From Candidatus Bathyarchaeota archaeon (GTDB lineage: Archaea > Thermoproteota > Bathyarchaeia > Bathyarchaeales > Bathycorpusculaceae), in the NCBI GenBank assembly GCA_963826715.1, contig CAWGYA010000008.1, positions 1,152,001-1,216,000 of the forward strand: a stretch of 64,000 bases of DNA. The letters run 5' to 3'. The notes beneath the pieces are model-generated. The model saw only the letters and a list, made by a program, of their open reading frames with translations, did no database searches and was not told the origin of the DNA. Below, piece by piece: positions 1 to 10,047 of the stretch (within the stretch, counting starts at the first letter, position 1; each line of letters begins with the position of its first letter). Made by a program: the position numbers and the translations under genes.

Positions 1-414
1 TGGTTCTGTGTAGCATCCCTAATCACCTTGGTGCTTTCAATGGGTTTCGATAAGACCCTAAAACTGTTAGCTACCCTCAGAGTCCCCACTATAATCATCC
101 AACTTTTCAGCCTTACTTACCGATATTTTTTCGTCTCGATTCATGAAGCTCAAAGTGTCCTAATCGCTAAGGAAGCTCGAACCTATGTGAACAAATACAA
201 CTTTAACCTTCAATCCCTCAAAGACTTAGGTGCCGTTCTTTCCTCTCTTTTCATCCGCACCTATGAACGATCTGAACGTGTTTATCTTGCTATGAAAGCC
301 AGGGGCTTTGAAATTAGTACTGATAACAAACTTGCAATGCCCGCTCTGCGTTTAGGTGATGTGGCTTTTGCGTCAGCCATAATAGTTGCTTTTACGTTAC
401 TTGCGTTGCATTAG
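1..414 (+). CDS. cbiQ: ECF transporter transmembrane T component (CbiQ/NikQ-like), 5' truncated by window edge
   Basis: Frame open from base 1; motifs TYRYF, LFIRTYERSERVYLAMKARG; directly upstream of an ECF ATPase. Confidence 0.85.
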   Translation, partial: WFCVASLITLVLSMGFDKTLKLLATLRVPTIIIQLFSLTYRYFFVSIHEAQSVLIAKEARTYVNKYNFNLQSLKDLGAVLSSLFIRTYERSERVYLAMKARGFEISTDNKLAMPALRLGDVAFASAIIVAFTLLALH

Positions 415-428
415 AAGGCTCCTGAAGC

Positions 429-1286
429 ATGTCTGAACCTATCGTTTCGGTTGTAGATGTCAAATTTAATTATCCTGCTGGCGTCAGTGCCCTTACGGGG
501 GTGTCTCTGGCGATTCAACAAGGTGAGCGTGTTGCGCTTTTGGGTCCCAATGGCTCAGGGAAATCCACTTTGATTCTTCTTATAGCTGGTTTGCTAATGC
601 CCACAAAAGGCGAAATCAAAGTTTTCGGAGAAAAAACAACCTCTAAAGAATTTCAGAAGTTCCGTTCCCGCATCGGATTAGTTTTCCAAGACCCCGATGA
701 TCAACTCTTTATGCCCAGTGTAATTGAAGATATAGAGTATGGACCCAAAAACCTCAAGTTGCCTCTAAAAGATATCAACGAACGGAGCGCCCATGTGCTT
801 GAGAAAATGGCGATTACACATCTCAAAAACCGTCCACCGCACAGGCTCAGTTTTGGTGAGAAGAAAAAGGTGTCGCTTGCAACAGCTCTAGTTTTGAAGC
901 CTGAACTTTTGATCCTCGATGAGCCTACTGCCAACCTTGACTTGGTTTCTCGTCGCGGTTTAATCGATACCATAAATGAACTCAGTAGAGCAGGTACCAC
1001 CGTTATTATCTCCACTCATGATGCTGAAGCCATTCCCGAGCTAGCAGATCGTATCGTTATTATTAGTCATGGTGAAAAGCTTTGCGAAGGCAAAACTGGC
1101 GATGTGCTTCAGGATAAAAAGATGCTTGAAGCTTCGGGGCTGGAACCGCCTACCATCGTTGACCTTTTCGGTGATCTTAAGGTACGAGGGCTCATTAGCG
1201 AAATGCCTCTAACCGTTGCAGAAGGTAAAAATGTGCTTGCAAAACTCCTAAAGGGCGATTGCGACAAAAAATCGAAATGTTGCTAA
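429..1286 (+). CDS. cbiO: ECF transporter ATPase (CbiO/NikO-like)
   Basis: Walker A GPNGSGKS, VFQDPDDQLF, LSFGEKK signature, Walker B LILDEP. Confidence 0.9.
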   Translation: MSEPIVSVVDVKFNYPAGVSALTGVSLAIQQGERVALLGPNGSGKSTLILLIAGLLMPTKGEIKVFGEKTTSKEFQKFRSRIGLVFQDPDDQLFMPSVIEDIEYGPKNLKLPLKDINERSAHVLEKMAITHLKNRPPHRLSFGEKKKVSLATALVLKPELLILDEPTANLDLVSRRGLIDTINELSRAGTTVIISTHDAEAIPELADRIVIISHGEKLCEGKTGDVLQDKKMLEASGLEPPTIVDLFGDLKVRGLISEMPLTVAEGKNVLAKLLKGDCDKKSKCC

Positions 1287-1538
1287 TGAGATTTATCGAA
1301 CAATTTGTTTCTGAATGGTTGGTTGTGTATTTGTTTTCCTTGCTAGCAACAAGATATTTTTTTCGGTATTATTTCTTAAGCTCGGGAATAGAAGGTGTGA
1401 CTCATAGTATTGAGTACTTACCAAGATAATTCGACCAGAAGACTTATTTTTATTTATTTAAGGATGTTAACAGTAAGCAGATACCTAGATATAGTGGTTT
1501 TTCAATAACGAAATCTAACAATTAGGGAAGGCGAAGAG

Positions 1539-2516
1539 TTGCTAGAACAATTTGGATTAATTGGAAATGTAGCTGTTCTTCTTGCATCGCTAATTATTTT
1601 AATGAAAGCTAGCAGCTGGGCAATTACTAATTCAGTCAAATTGGCAAGTGCAACTGGTATAGGAAAAACAAAGATTGGATTCATACTTGTTGCTTTCTCA
1701 ACTTCTCTTCCAGAACTCTTTGTTGCAGTATTTGCTGCATTCACTCCGCAGGCAACGGGGATTTCAGTAGGTAATGTTTTGGGGTCAAATATAGTAAACA
1801 TATGCTTGGTACTTGGTATCGGTTTACTTATTATGGCATTTAAGTATCCTGAAAGTGCAGGGTTTTTTGCTAGAATGGCTAAAGAAGAGGTGGGAGATCT
1901 TAATTTTGGGATTTTTGTTGCGTCAATTGTTCCTTTGATCTTGTTGTATTTTGGTTTTGCAAACAAGATAGTGGGCGTTTTACTTATCGGACTTTTCTTT
2001 TACAACATGTATGTTCTACTTAAGAAGAGAAAAACTGTGGAGGAAATTTCAGATACTGCGGAGAAGACGGGACTTGTAAGATACTTGGTCAAGTCTATCG
2101 TGGGCATAGTTGGAGTTGTTGTTTGCGCCTATTTTATTGTTGATTCCGCCTCTTTTCTAGCATTAAGCGCTGGAATACCCACTGTTATTGTTGGAGCTAC
2201 TGTGATAGCTTTTGGAACTAGTGTTCCAGAGCTTGCAACAACCATAGAATCTATTAAGAAAGGCTTCATGGACCTTGCGATTGGAAATATTATTGGAAGT
2301 TGTTTCATAAATATTACTTTAATTTTGGGATTCACTTTGCTCCTTTCACCTTTTGATGTAAATATATCAGTTTTTTCAGATTTGATTCTTTTTTCATTAA
2401 TAACTAACGTTATCTTATGGTACATCTTACAGAATACCAAAGTTAGCAAGAGAGAGGGAGCAATATTGCTTACATTTTACATAATATTTTTAGTAATTAG
2501 CTCTAGTGGAAATTAG
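1539..2516 (+). CDS. Ca2+/Na+ antiporter (CaCA family, YrbG-like)
   Basis: Two alpha repeats STSLPE...GNVLGSNIVN and GTSVPE...GNIIGSCFIN; ~10 TM helices. Confidence 0.9.
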   Translation: MLEQFGLIGNVAVLLASLIILMKASSWAITNSVKLASATGIGKTKIGFILVAFSTSLPELFVAVFAAFTPQATGISVGNVLGSNIVNICLVLGIGLLIMAFKYPESAGFFARMAKEEVGDLNFGIFVASIVPLILLYFGFANKIVGVLLIGLFFYNMYVLLKKRKTVEEISDTAEKTGLVRYLVKSIVGIVGVVVCAYFIVDSASFLALSAGIPTVIVGATVIAFGTSVPELATTIESIKKGFMDLAIGNIIGSCFINITLILGFTLLLSPFDVNISVFSDLILFSLITNVILWYILQNTKVSKREGAILLTFYIIFLVISSSGN

Positions 2517-2782
2517 AATCTATAAAATGAGTTTCAAATTTTAAAGCTTTCTTAAAAGCACATTTTCACTTCTCTACAACTTATAATCAATAGTTTGCTT
2601 GTTATTTTTTTTTGTTTTGTTGTAACAGGTGTGTAGTCACATTGTTTCTTAAATTAGCTTTTAGATAGTGATATGATATGGGATGTCTATTGGCTGATTT
2701 GCGTTCTCTTCCATTAGTATTTTCTGTATTTAGAGTACACAAGGATCAATATTATGATTCACGAATTAGTGAGTGATGCGAA

Positions 2783-2929
2783 ATGACACATTGCAACAGT
2801 TGTGGAAAAGAAGTTAACAAACCATCAAGAGCACTAAAAAATCAAGCTTTGATAACCGAAATTTATGAATGCAAAGAATGTCATCACAGCTTTAAAGTTA
2901 CAATCAACCAAGCGCCATACATCTGTTAG
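2783..2929 (+). CDS. 48-aa zinc-ribbon protein (Cren7-like fold candidate); not in ORF track
   Basis: Manual translation MTHCNSCGKEVNKPSRALKNQALITEIYECKECHHSFKVTINQAPYIC; two CxxC; clear paralog at 10021-10203. Confidence 0.7.
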   Translation: MTHCNSCGKEVNKPSRALKNQALITEIYECKECHHSFKVTINQAPYIC

Positions 2930-3159
2930 CTTAGTCTTAATTACCCTTAAACAAATATTTCTTAGAGTTAAACTTTCTTTTCCGATAGTGTTTTCCGAAA
3001 AATTTGATTTTGAAGAAGCCAAAGTAGTTTATTGAAGAAAATTGAGATTATATTTGGCTTAATTTAAACAAAATTATTAAATAAAAAATAAGGGTAAAAC
3101 TTATAAAATAAAATCTCCCAATTAAAATAATATAGATACAAAATAAATTCAGGGGAGTT

Positions 3160-4458
3160 TTGTCTTTGAAGGGTATATATATTTGGATATTAGGTTTCCT
3201 TTCTCTATTATCAGCTGCAAACGTGGTTAATGCAACAATATTGTGGTTCTCAACCGGACCGACAAGCACATTTAATCCCTATTTACTCGGTGGTTTGGCT
3301 TTTCCAGTTTATATTTATGCATTGATTTCAATTCTTGTAACTTTGGTTTTGCTTGCCGGGACTTCTCACATGGTTGTGAGTAAACTGTCGGTGATAGATC
3401 AAGTAACGACGCTTAATGAAAAAACCAGTAGCTTGCAGATTAAACAGGAGGCTCAGCAAAGAAACTTGGTTGATCTTCAGGAAAAAATATCTAATGTTGA
3501 TGAAAATGTCGCTCGGACAGGTAGCAAACTTTCTGACGAATTTAGCAGTCAGGTTGATGCATTAAAGAAGACTTGGGAGGCGGGTAATAGGGTAATTGAT
3601 AACAAAACCAGTAGGTTGCAGGCTGGTCAAGAGTCTCAACAGGAGGTTTTGATGAATGTTCAAAGTAAGATGTCTGAGGTTGACGAAAATATAGAGCTTG
3701 CAAGTAAAAAGCTCACTGACGAGTTTAGCATCCAAGGGGAAGCGATAAAGCAGACTGTGGAAGCTAAAGATCAAAATCAGCAGAAACTCTTGGAGGGGCT
3801 GCAAGGACGAATGTTATTCGTTGATGAAAGTTTGAACGATTTCGAAAAGAAACTTGGAGAACAGACAGAACTAATGAAAACTTTAGACTCTACTTCAGCT
3901 AATGCCGTTAATTCACAACTCAATATTGTGAAAGACACACTGACAAAACTTGAATCTGAGGACAAAAAGAGACTTACTGCAATCGAGAAGCAAAGAAATG
4001 AAATTAATGAAATCAAACAAAAACTTGAACGATTAGAAGCTTCGCTACTAAGTCCAGAGTCGATTCTTAAAAGTAACAGCGATGTAGAAGACGTCAAAGG
4101 AATAGGGCCTAACAAAGCAGCTGAACTCAAGAACATTGGAATAACAAATGCGAGCGATCTTATAATGGCTGATCCTAAAGTTCTTTCAAAAGCCATGGGT
4201 TCAACTGAAAAAACTGTGGAAAAGTTGCAGGGGCGAGCGCAGCTCCAAATGATTCCTGGCATTAAAGAGAAGGATCTATTGCTATTAGAAGACCTTGATA
4301 TCACCGATAGAAAGAAACTTTCCACACAAGACCCCATGGATCTCGGTAAAAAAATTAATGCTATCTTTAAAATAAATCTCGCAAAAGGGAAAGTTGCAGA
4401 AAACGACAGACCAACAATTGAGGACTTAGATTCTTGGATTAAATTCACAAAGGTCTAA
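3160..4458 (+). CDS. Membrane-anchored coiled-coil protein with C-terminal helix-hairpin-helix (DUF4332-like) domain
   Basis: Two N-terminal TM segments, long heptad region with a 61-aa internal duplication, HhH motifs VKGIGPNKA and IPGIKEK. Confidence 0.75.
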   Translation: MSLKGIYIWILGFLSLLSAANVVNATILWFSTGPTSTFNPYLLGGLAFPVYIYALISILVTLVLLAGTSHMVVSKLSVIDQVTTLNEKTSSLQIKQEAQQRNLVDLQEKISNVDENVARTGSKLSDEFSSQVDALKKTWEAGNRVIDNKTSRLQAGQESQQEVLMNVQSKMSEVDENIELASKKLTDEFSIQGEAIKQTVEAKDQNQQKLLEGLQGRMLFVDESLNDFEKKLGEQTELMKTLDSTSANAVNSQLNIVKDTLTKLESEDKKRLTAIEKQRNEINEIKQKLERLEASLLSPESILKSNSDVEDVKGIGPNKAAELKNIGITNASDLIMADPKVLSKAMGSTEKTVEKLQGRAQLQMIPGIKEKDLLLLEDLDITDRKKLSTQDPMDLGKKINAIFKINLAKGKVAENDRPTIEDLDSWIKFTKV

Positions 4459-5332
4459 GTGCCAAAATATCCAAGATATTTTTAATCTTCTTTTTTTGAC
4501 ACTTGAATGTTACCCCATCCATACGAAAGCATTTCCCGTCTCAAACTCTTAGCACTATTTTAGCCATAACAGCTTTTGGCAACTCTAATATTGCCCTTAG
4601 TCGCAGGGTCTTGACTGAGACCTTATATAGAGAAAACTTTGTTTACCTCCCTCCATTTCAGTAAATGATGGGTTACCACTATTCTATACTAAGTTTTGTC
4701 GAACTTTATTGACTAAGGCGTGGATCGAGGAAATTTGTTTACCTGTAGCTATTGAGTTATGCAATAATTGGTTTAGTATATTCTTTTTTGGAAATATCCT
4801 TTTTAAAAGGTAAAATCTACTTTGTGTTTGAGGAAAAAGGAGAGCTTCTCAATCATCTCAAAATATTGTCCGATCGTTTTGTGGTTTTCAATAAACGTTT
4901 TTGAGGCTTATTTTACTTACTTAAAAATATTAAGATGGCTGAATTGGTCCGAAATAACTTCTTTGAATTAATTGCAATTGTTGTTGATTGAATAATTTCA
5001 TCAATTATAGCAAATAGGTGAGCGATGGGTAAATTTTATCACCATATCCTTTTGTTGTTGGGTTATCTGCTTTTCATGTGGAGCAGTATTTGGTATTTTA
5101 TGGTTCAATTTAGAAGAAAAATGGAAGAAGAATGCTTCAAAATTAGTTTTGGTTCTTTTCTGTTGCATAGTCGATGTTTACTCTCTTTCTAAAGCTCTTA
5201 ATTAAAATTGGTGACATCGTAATTTTTAGTGTTAATTATATTAATTTTTAACGTAGTTATTTGCGAATGTATTGGTGTAGTTTAAGTAGTTTATTAGGGT
5301 AGACTTAAGTATAGTGTTGAGAAGTATATAGT

Positions 5333-5644
5333 GTGAATTATATGGTAGACTTGAGTAATCCTAAAAAGCGCCGATTAGCAGTTAAAGCTACTCCAGTAAA
5401 GGAAGTTCCAGAAGGTAAAAAAATAGCTAGAAGACCAGAATATGATGAAGTATTCAAAGAGATCATGGATAGCCCTGAAAAGATTTTTAAGATTGAAGTG
5501 GAAGGTCGAACGGTAAAAACAATGTATGCACCATTTGCTTCCAGAGTAAAGAGATACAACAAACAACCTGATAGAAAATATAATGCTCTGCTTAAAGTAA
5601 GAAGCAAAGAAATTTACATTGTGAAATCAGATAAGTCAAACTAG
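5333..5644 (+). CDS. Small basic hypothetical protein (possible DNA binding)
   Basis: 103-aa Lys/Arg-rich ORF in AT-rich patch; ATG at 5342 is the likelier start. Confidence 0.55.
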   Translation: MNYMVDLSNPKKRRLAVKATPVKEVPEGKKIARRPEYDEVFKEIMDSPEKIFKIEVEGRTVKTMYAPFASRVKRYNKQPDRKYNALLKVRSKEIYIVKSDKSN

Positions 5645-5774
5645 AGCAATCTGATATTCTCTGTCCAATCTTTTTCAATATACTTTTTCATTAAATTTCA
5701 TTTACGTTCCAAACGATTGTTTATGATGTTTGATAAATATTGTGCAATTGTATCGTTGAGATAAGCCAGATAAC

Positions 5775-6017
5775 TCAGTAAATTACCCACACCCCAGTAG
5801 AGCGTTCAATAACCTGAATTTTTCTATCAACAAAATGATTAAGCAAAAAATTTCTCTGGGTCAAAGTAAAATTATCTCTAATAATTATCTTACAATTTTT
5901 CTTATCGCTGTCGTCTAGACTTATCTCTGTAGCTCTTTCAATCAATTCGGGAGCCACCTTACATATTTCGTCCAAGAGCATTATTGCTTCTTCACGAATC
6001 AACTGAGTTAGCTCCAA
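5775..6017 (-). CDS. Small hypothetical protein, paralog of 9829-10047
   Basis: REEAIMLLDEI...GVWVIY aligns by eye with RASAVLLLREI...GYTIIS. Confidence 0.6.
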   Translation of the reverse strand: MELTQLIREEAIMLLDEICKVAPELIERATEISLDDSDKKNCKIIIRDNFTLTQRNFLLNHFVDRKIQVIERSTGVWVIY

Positions 6018-6126
6018 TTATTTTTTAGCTTAAGTGATATATAATAGTTCGTAAAAAACAAGTAAGAAAATAATTTGTAAGACAACAATACGCTACAAAT
6101 TTGTTCTTTAATGATTGAAAGCTGCC

Positions 6127-6540
6127 CTAGCTGATTGAAATATTTAGAGCCTGTTTCTCAAGTTTCTTGTTGCTAATTTTCCTCATTAGCCAGAGACTTC
6201 CCCATGTTGCTATATCTATGGCCGTTAGCAAAATTACAGCTACTACACTATCCAAGGCAATGAGTATAAGCGCAGTTGTTATTGCTATTATTAATGAAAT
6301 TAATATCAATATCAAAGCTGATTGGTTTTTTTTAATATATGAATTATATCTAGCTTTTGTTATTTCTTCAACAATTCCATACGCTCCAGCATTAGCAAGA
6401 AATAACAGCATTAATTGGTTAGCTGAGATAGGCACGGAAATAAAGCGTGATAGTACTAGAAGAATAAGTATCAGACTTAAAATTAAATAATAAATAATAT
6501 ATATAGGTAATCTTAATCTGCTTTCTTTAGGAATCGGCAT
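6127..6540 (-). CDS. Hypothetical 4-TM membrane protein
   Basis: Four hydrophobic segments, 137 aa. Confidence 0.6.
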   Translation of the reverse strand: MPIPKESRLRLPIYIIYYLILSLILILLVLSRFISVPISANQLMLLFLANAGAYGIVEEITKARYNSYIKKNQSALILILISLIIAITTALILIALDSVVAVILLTAIDIATWGSLWLMRKISNKKLEKQALNISIS

Positions 6541-6616
6541 CAGTTTCTATTTAGTACGTAATTTGCTTAAGAGATTACCTATTATCTAACGCTCCAAAAT
6601 ACATTGTTAAGTTTCT

Positions 6617-8043
6617 CTATTGTGGTTTTTTTCTAAAAAAAACGAAAACACCAAGAATAGTAGCAGCAAGCAAAATACCCATAAACACTAAGATTGCAAT
6701 CTCCAACCATCCAAACCCTGAAACCTTGGTTGGCAACAAAGAACTTGAGCTTAACTGGATATCAATTAAATGAGTACTATGATCATAAGAGAAGTGAAGT
6801 TGCCAGCTATCACCTTGGGATTCTGCAAGATAATCAATTTGGGTATCGTCTAAGAAGACTTTTAGTGTGGAAATATCGTTTATCAATGATTTAGGTATAT
6901 TTACATTAACATAGCCTGTCGTTCCTGTGTTTCCAGAAACGCTAAAACTCAATTCGCTGCTGTTTGAATCAAAGAAGAACCCTGTGATAGTGGAGTTTGA
7001 GTTTATTGAAAAGATATTTTGTTCTTGGTGAGGTTCCACAACAAAGTTGACTCTTGCAATTGTGTCTGAATAATTATTGTTTCCTTCATATATTGCTCTT
7101 AGTGAAAAATAACCTGTTACAGATGGCATCCATTCGGCGTAGTAGCTTCCATTAGAGAGTGTTTGGGCGAGCGTTAAATCGACCCAGGATTTTCCGCCTG
7201 TAACGCTGTAGGATATTAATATTGGTGCTTCTGAAATGCCAGTTTCATTAAATGTTAAGGTGCCTCTGATTAGAACTTTGAAATCAGACATACTCGATGA
7301 GCTAATGCATGAGACTGTGAGAGTGGGTTCTTGTAAACTTTTATTTGATGATGAGCCCTCAAAGATTTTCACATTATCATAATCAACTAGGTTTTCTGTG
7401 TAGCGCCCGCTAACAGATAATCCATCAAAAATGTAGGCGCGTTCACTTCCCTTGATTAATTGCCCTTTAAGTACTCCATCAATATAAACTGAAATAAGTT
7501 TGTTAGGTCTATCGAGAAGGAACTTGATATGATACCATTGATTTGGAACGTATTTTTCCAGAACAGTGCCGGTTCCTTCTGCTTCCACATAATCTCGGGC
7601 AACTATGGTGCCATCATCAGTAAATGCTATGCCGTCGTTCCATTTGGCATTTCCCCAATCAACTTGTTCCCAGAGACCAACCTTAACATTATCGCCAGTT
7701 GTGTTAGTGATTGCGGTTACTAGAACGCTCACTTCAAAACCTATTATGTTCGAGTTACTTTGAAAATTCTTTACGGCATCGGCTGCCAATTACGTTCTCC
7801 TTGGAGTTGAAAACATTTATTTGACGAATTCAAAGGGTCACTGATGACTTGTTGATATTGGTTGCCCAATCCATTAAAAGCCAGGGTCCACTGAGAAGGA
7901 AAGCTGCCCACAAGATAATTCTCAAAATCGTCACTAAAAAGTAAATTATTAGGCGAGCCAGCAAAACCCAGTTCAGACATAGCTGAAAATACAAGCGCCA
8001 ACACAAAAACCAATACAGTTATTGTTTTCAATGCTTGGCTCAT
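6617..8043 (-). pseudogene. Frameshifted secreted/cell-surface protein (signal peptide, lectin-like beta-sandwich, Ig-like domain, C-terminal TM anchor)
   Basis: ORFs 7771-8043 and 6617-7789 join if one G is restored in minus-strand ...AAT TGG (G)CA GCC GAT... (ERNW-AADAVK); could be an assembly error. Confidence 0.75.
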
Positions 8044-8461
8044 TTTAACCCCTAAATTTAGGGAACAATTTCTGATCTTAAAAGGTTTTTTGTCAACCTT
8101 TCTTGACTAAAGTCAATATTACAGGTCAAAGTTTATTGATTTAATCTTTTTTCATCATTCTGTTTTTGCTAATGAAAGAGCCCTTGGATTCTGGGAGGCT
8201 ACCATATGCAGGTTCACTCTCTAACTGAGGTGTTTTTGTTTGAATCTTATCTATGATTTACTTATGTCGTAAAATTATTAATTCTACTTTGGGGCTTGTC
8301 CAAGTTAGCGTGCGTTTCTTGCTAAGAACGCAATGTGAATTTAAAATGAGTCTATCTATTGGCTTGTTTTCCAAATCTCTCTAAATAGATGGCTACCCTT
8401 TCAATTTTTAAAAGCCGGTCGATAGGTATTTGTTTAGCTAAGCCAACCTTAGCATGGCTAT

Positions 8462-8594
8462 GGGCGAGTAGCTCAGTACGGATTGGAGTGTTCTTTGCAA
8501 AGAGGGGGTTCCCGCTTTGTTTTGATATCTTCACGCAAAGAGCACCAGCCTCCTAAGTTGGGGGTCGAGGGTTCAAATCCCTCCCCGCCCGCCA
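8462..8594 (+). tRNA. tRNA-Arg(CCT) with ~55-nt non-canonical intron in the D-arm; CCA encoded
   Basis: Acceptor GGGCGAG/CCCGCCC, D stem GCTC/GAGC, anticodon arm CCAGC-CTCCTAA-GTTGG, T arm GAGGG-TTCAAAT-CCCTC; removing 8484-8538 gives a 78-nt cloverleaf. Confidence 0.9.
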
Positions 8595-8629
8595 CGGACA
8601 AACCCCGCCCGTTTTGGCTCGGGTGATGG

Positions 8630-8818
8630 TTACTTTCGTTTTTTGAAAACTTTGTTGCTTCCAAAATCACAGACGAATTCAAAGCCGGCTTCAATGAGTT
8701 GACAGGTTTCCTCTTCTGAGTGTGCAATTCTTGCGACGTAGTCGTCTTCTTGGAAATCAACGAGTTGGGTGTACATCATTGTGTTTCTGATGCTCTTATG
8801 GCCGAGAACTTGCTGTTT
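8630..8818 (-). pseudogene. Tyrosine integrase C-terminal remnant
   Basis: Manual translation QQVLGHKSIRNTMMYTQLVDFQEDDYVARIAHSEEETCQLIEAGFEFVCDFGSNKVFKKRK*; box II LGH...T..Y with catalytic Tyr. Confidence 0.85.
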
Positions 8819-9397
8819 AGGGAGCTCGCAGGAAAAGTAACAGCCACATTCAATGAAGCGCAGAGTCTTGGCTTTCAGGACAAGTATGAATCAAGGGAAA
8901 TCATAAGGAGCAGAGGACTTTCTGCACATGATTTTGATGCATTGACTGCTTTGAGGCGAAAACTGTCAAGAAATATCAAATCTTCACTGTCAAAGGATTA
9001 TTTCCGAGAAGACATGGAATCGAAAGATAGGTGTGAACTTCTTGCAGACAGCATCATCAGGATGGTCAATTAATATATGAAATTGTGGGCATTCATCCAG
9101 AAGACAAATGGTGCCAGAGAGATCTTTAGCGGCTAATTCAAGCGAAGAGTCGGCTGAAACTGGCAGCCTTGTGTGCGCGGATACGACTGTTTTTCCGGCG
9201 TAAACATAGCACCCGGTTTTCTATGTCGACGGGTGATTGTATAGCTTTTTGGCTAAGATATTCGCCGTTTTGAGGGGCATAGGTAGAGTCAGGTCAGATT
9301 ATTTATTTTATTTTTTATATGTTGTGAAGAATAGCTTAATCGCCGAATGCCTTTTTCTCTATGGGGGGCAAATTGGTGAAGGCCTTCAAAAAGTTGT

Positions 9398-9688
9398 TTA
9401 GGGTTTGTTGGCGGGCAGGGCATGGTCAGAGATTATGAATCTGCCTATTTCAAGCTGCAGGCTCAGGTTGTTCTCGGCGGCGAAATCTGCCAAGAGCTTG
9501 TATGAGCCCTGGTCGAGCATGCTTCTTTCGACGGTCAAAACAAGGCCGACCTCAGGCAAATCCAACATTGCCATGTCTATGCCGCAAAAAGTTTGGATTT
9601 GGCGCTTGATTTTCATGGCCTCAGAAATATTCATTTTTGTCTGCTCGGCTGAACAAGATTGCCTGAACCTAATTGAATGTTGCCCCAA
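9398..9688 (-). CDS. Small hypothetical protein (likely start MNISEAMK); possible distant member of the 5775/9829 family
   Basis: Same size and helix/strand pattern, ending GRFIIS. Confidence 0.5.
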   Translation of the reverse strand: MGQHSIRFRQSCSAEQTKMNISEAMKIKRQIQTFCGIDMAMLDLPEVGLVLTVERSMLDQGSYKLLADFAAENNLSLQLEIGRFIISDHALPANKP

Positions 9689-9828
9689 AAGCGACTCTAT
9701 AGCCTTTTAGCTAAGGTATTCCGCAAACCAAGGTATAGAGGTATGCCGAGAAAAATCTATTCAGGAATATTCGTTTCTAGCAAAGCTTAAATTTCGAGAG
9801 GGAAATATGCTCGATTTAGGGTGTACAA

Positions 9829-10047
9829 TTGGATCGAGCTAGCGCTGTCTTGCTTTTAAGAGAGATCATGCATGATTGCGAATCATTTGTCGGGGCGGAA
9901 GCCGTGGGCCTATCGGAAACCAAAGCAGGGTGGATTCTTAAGGCTAAATGGATTCGCCCACAATCTGAGCGGGACTGCCTAAACGGTATAATGGTCAAGT
10001 ACGGCGCGGTAGTTTCAGAATTAGACGGTTACACGATTATTAGTTAA
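9829..10047 (+). CDS. Small hypothetical protein, paralog of 5775-6017
   Basis: 72 aa; similarity seen by eye. Confidence 0.6.
   Translation: MDRASAVLLLREIMHDCESFVGAEAVGLSETKAGWILKAKWIRPQSERDCLNGIMVKYGAVVSELDGYTIIS

Noticed and set aside
8352-8760. ORFs 8352-8534 and 8473-8760 on the minus strand
   Set aside because: They are antisense to the tRNA (the GGEGFEPS peptide is the T-arm) and out of frame with the integrase remnant
8720-9073. 117-aa plus-strand ORF
   Set aside because: First third is antisense to the integrase fragment; the rest may be a gene stump, but no start or family is supportable
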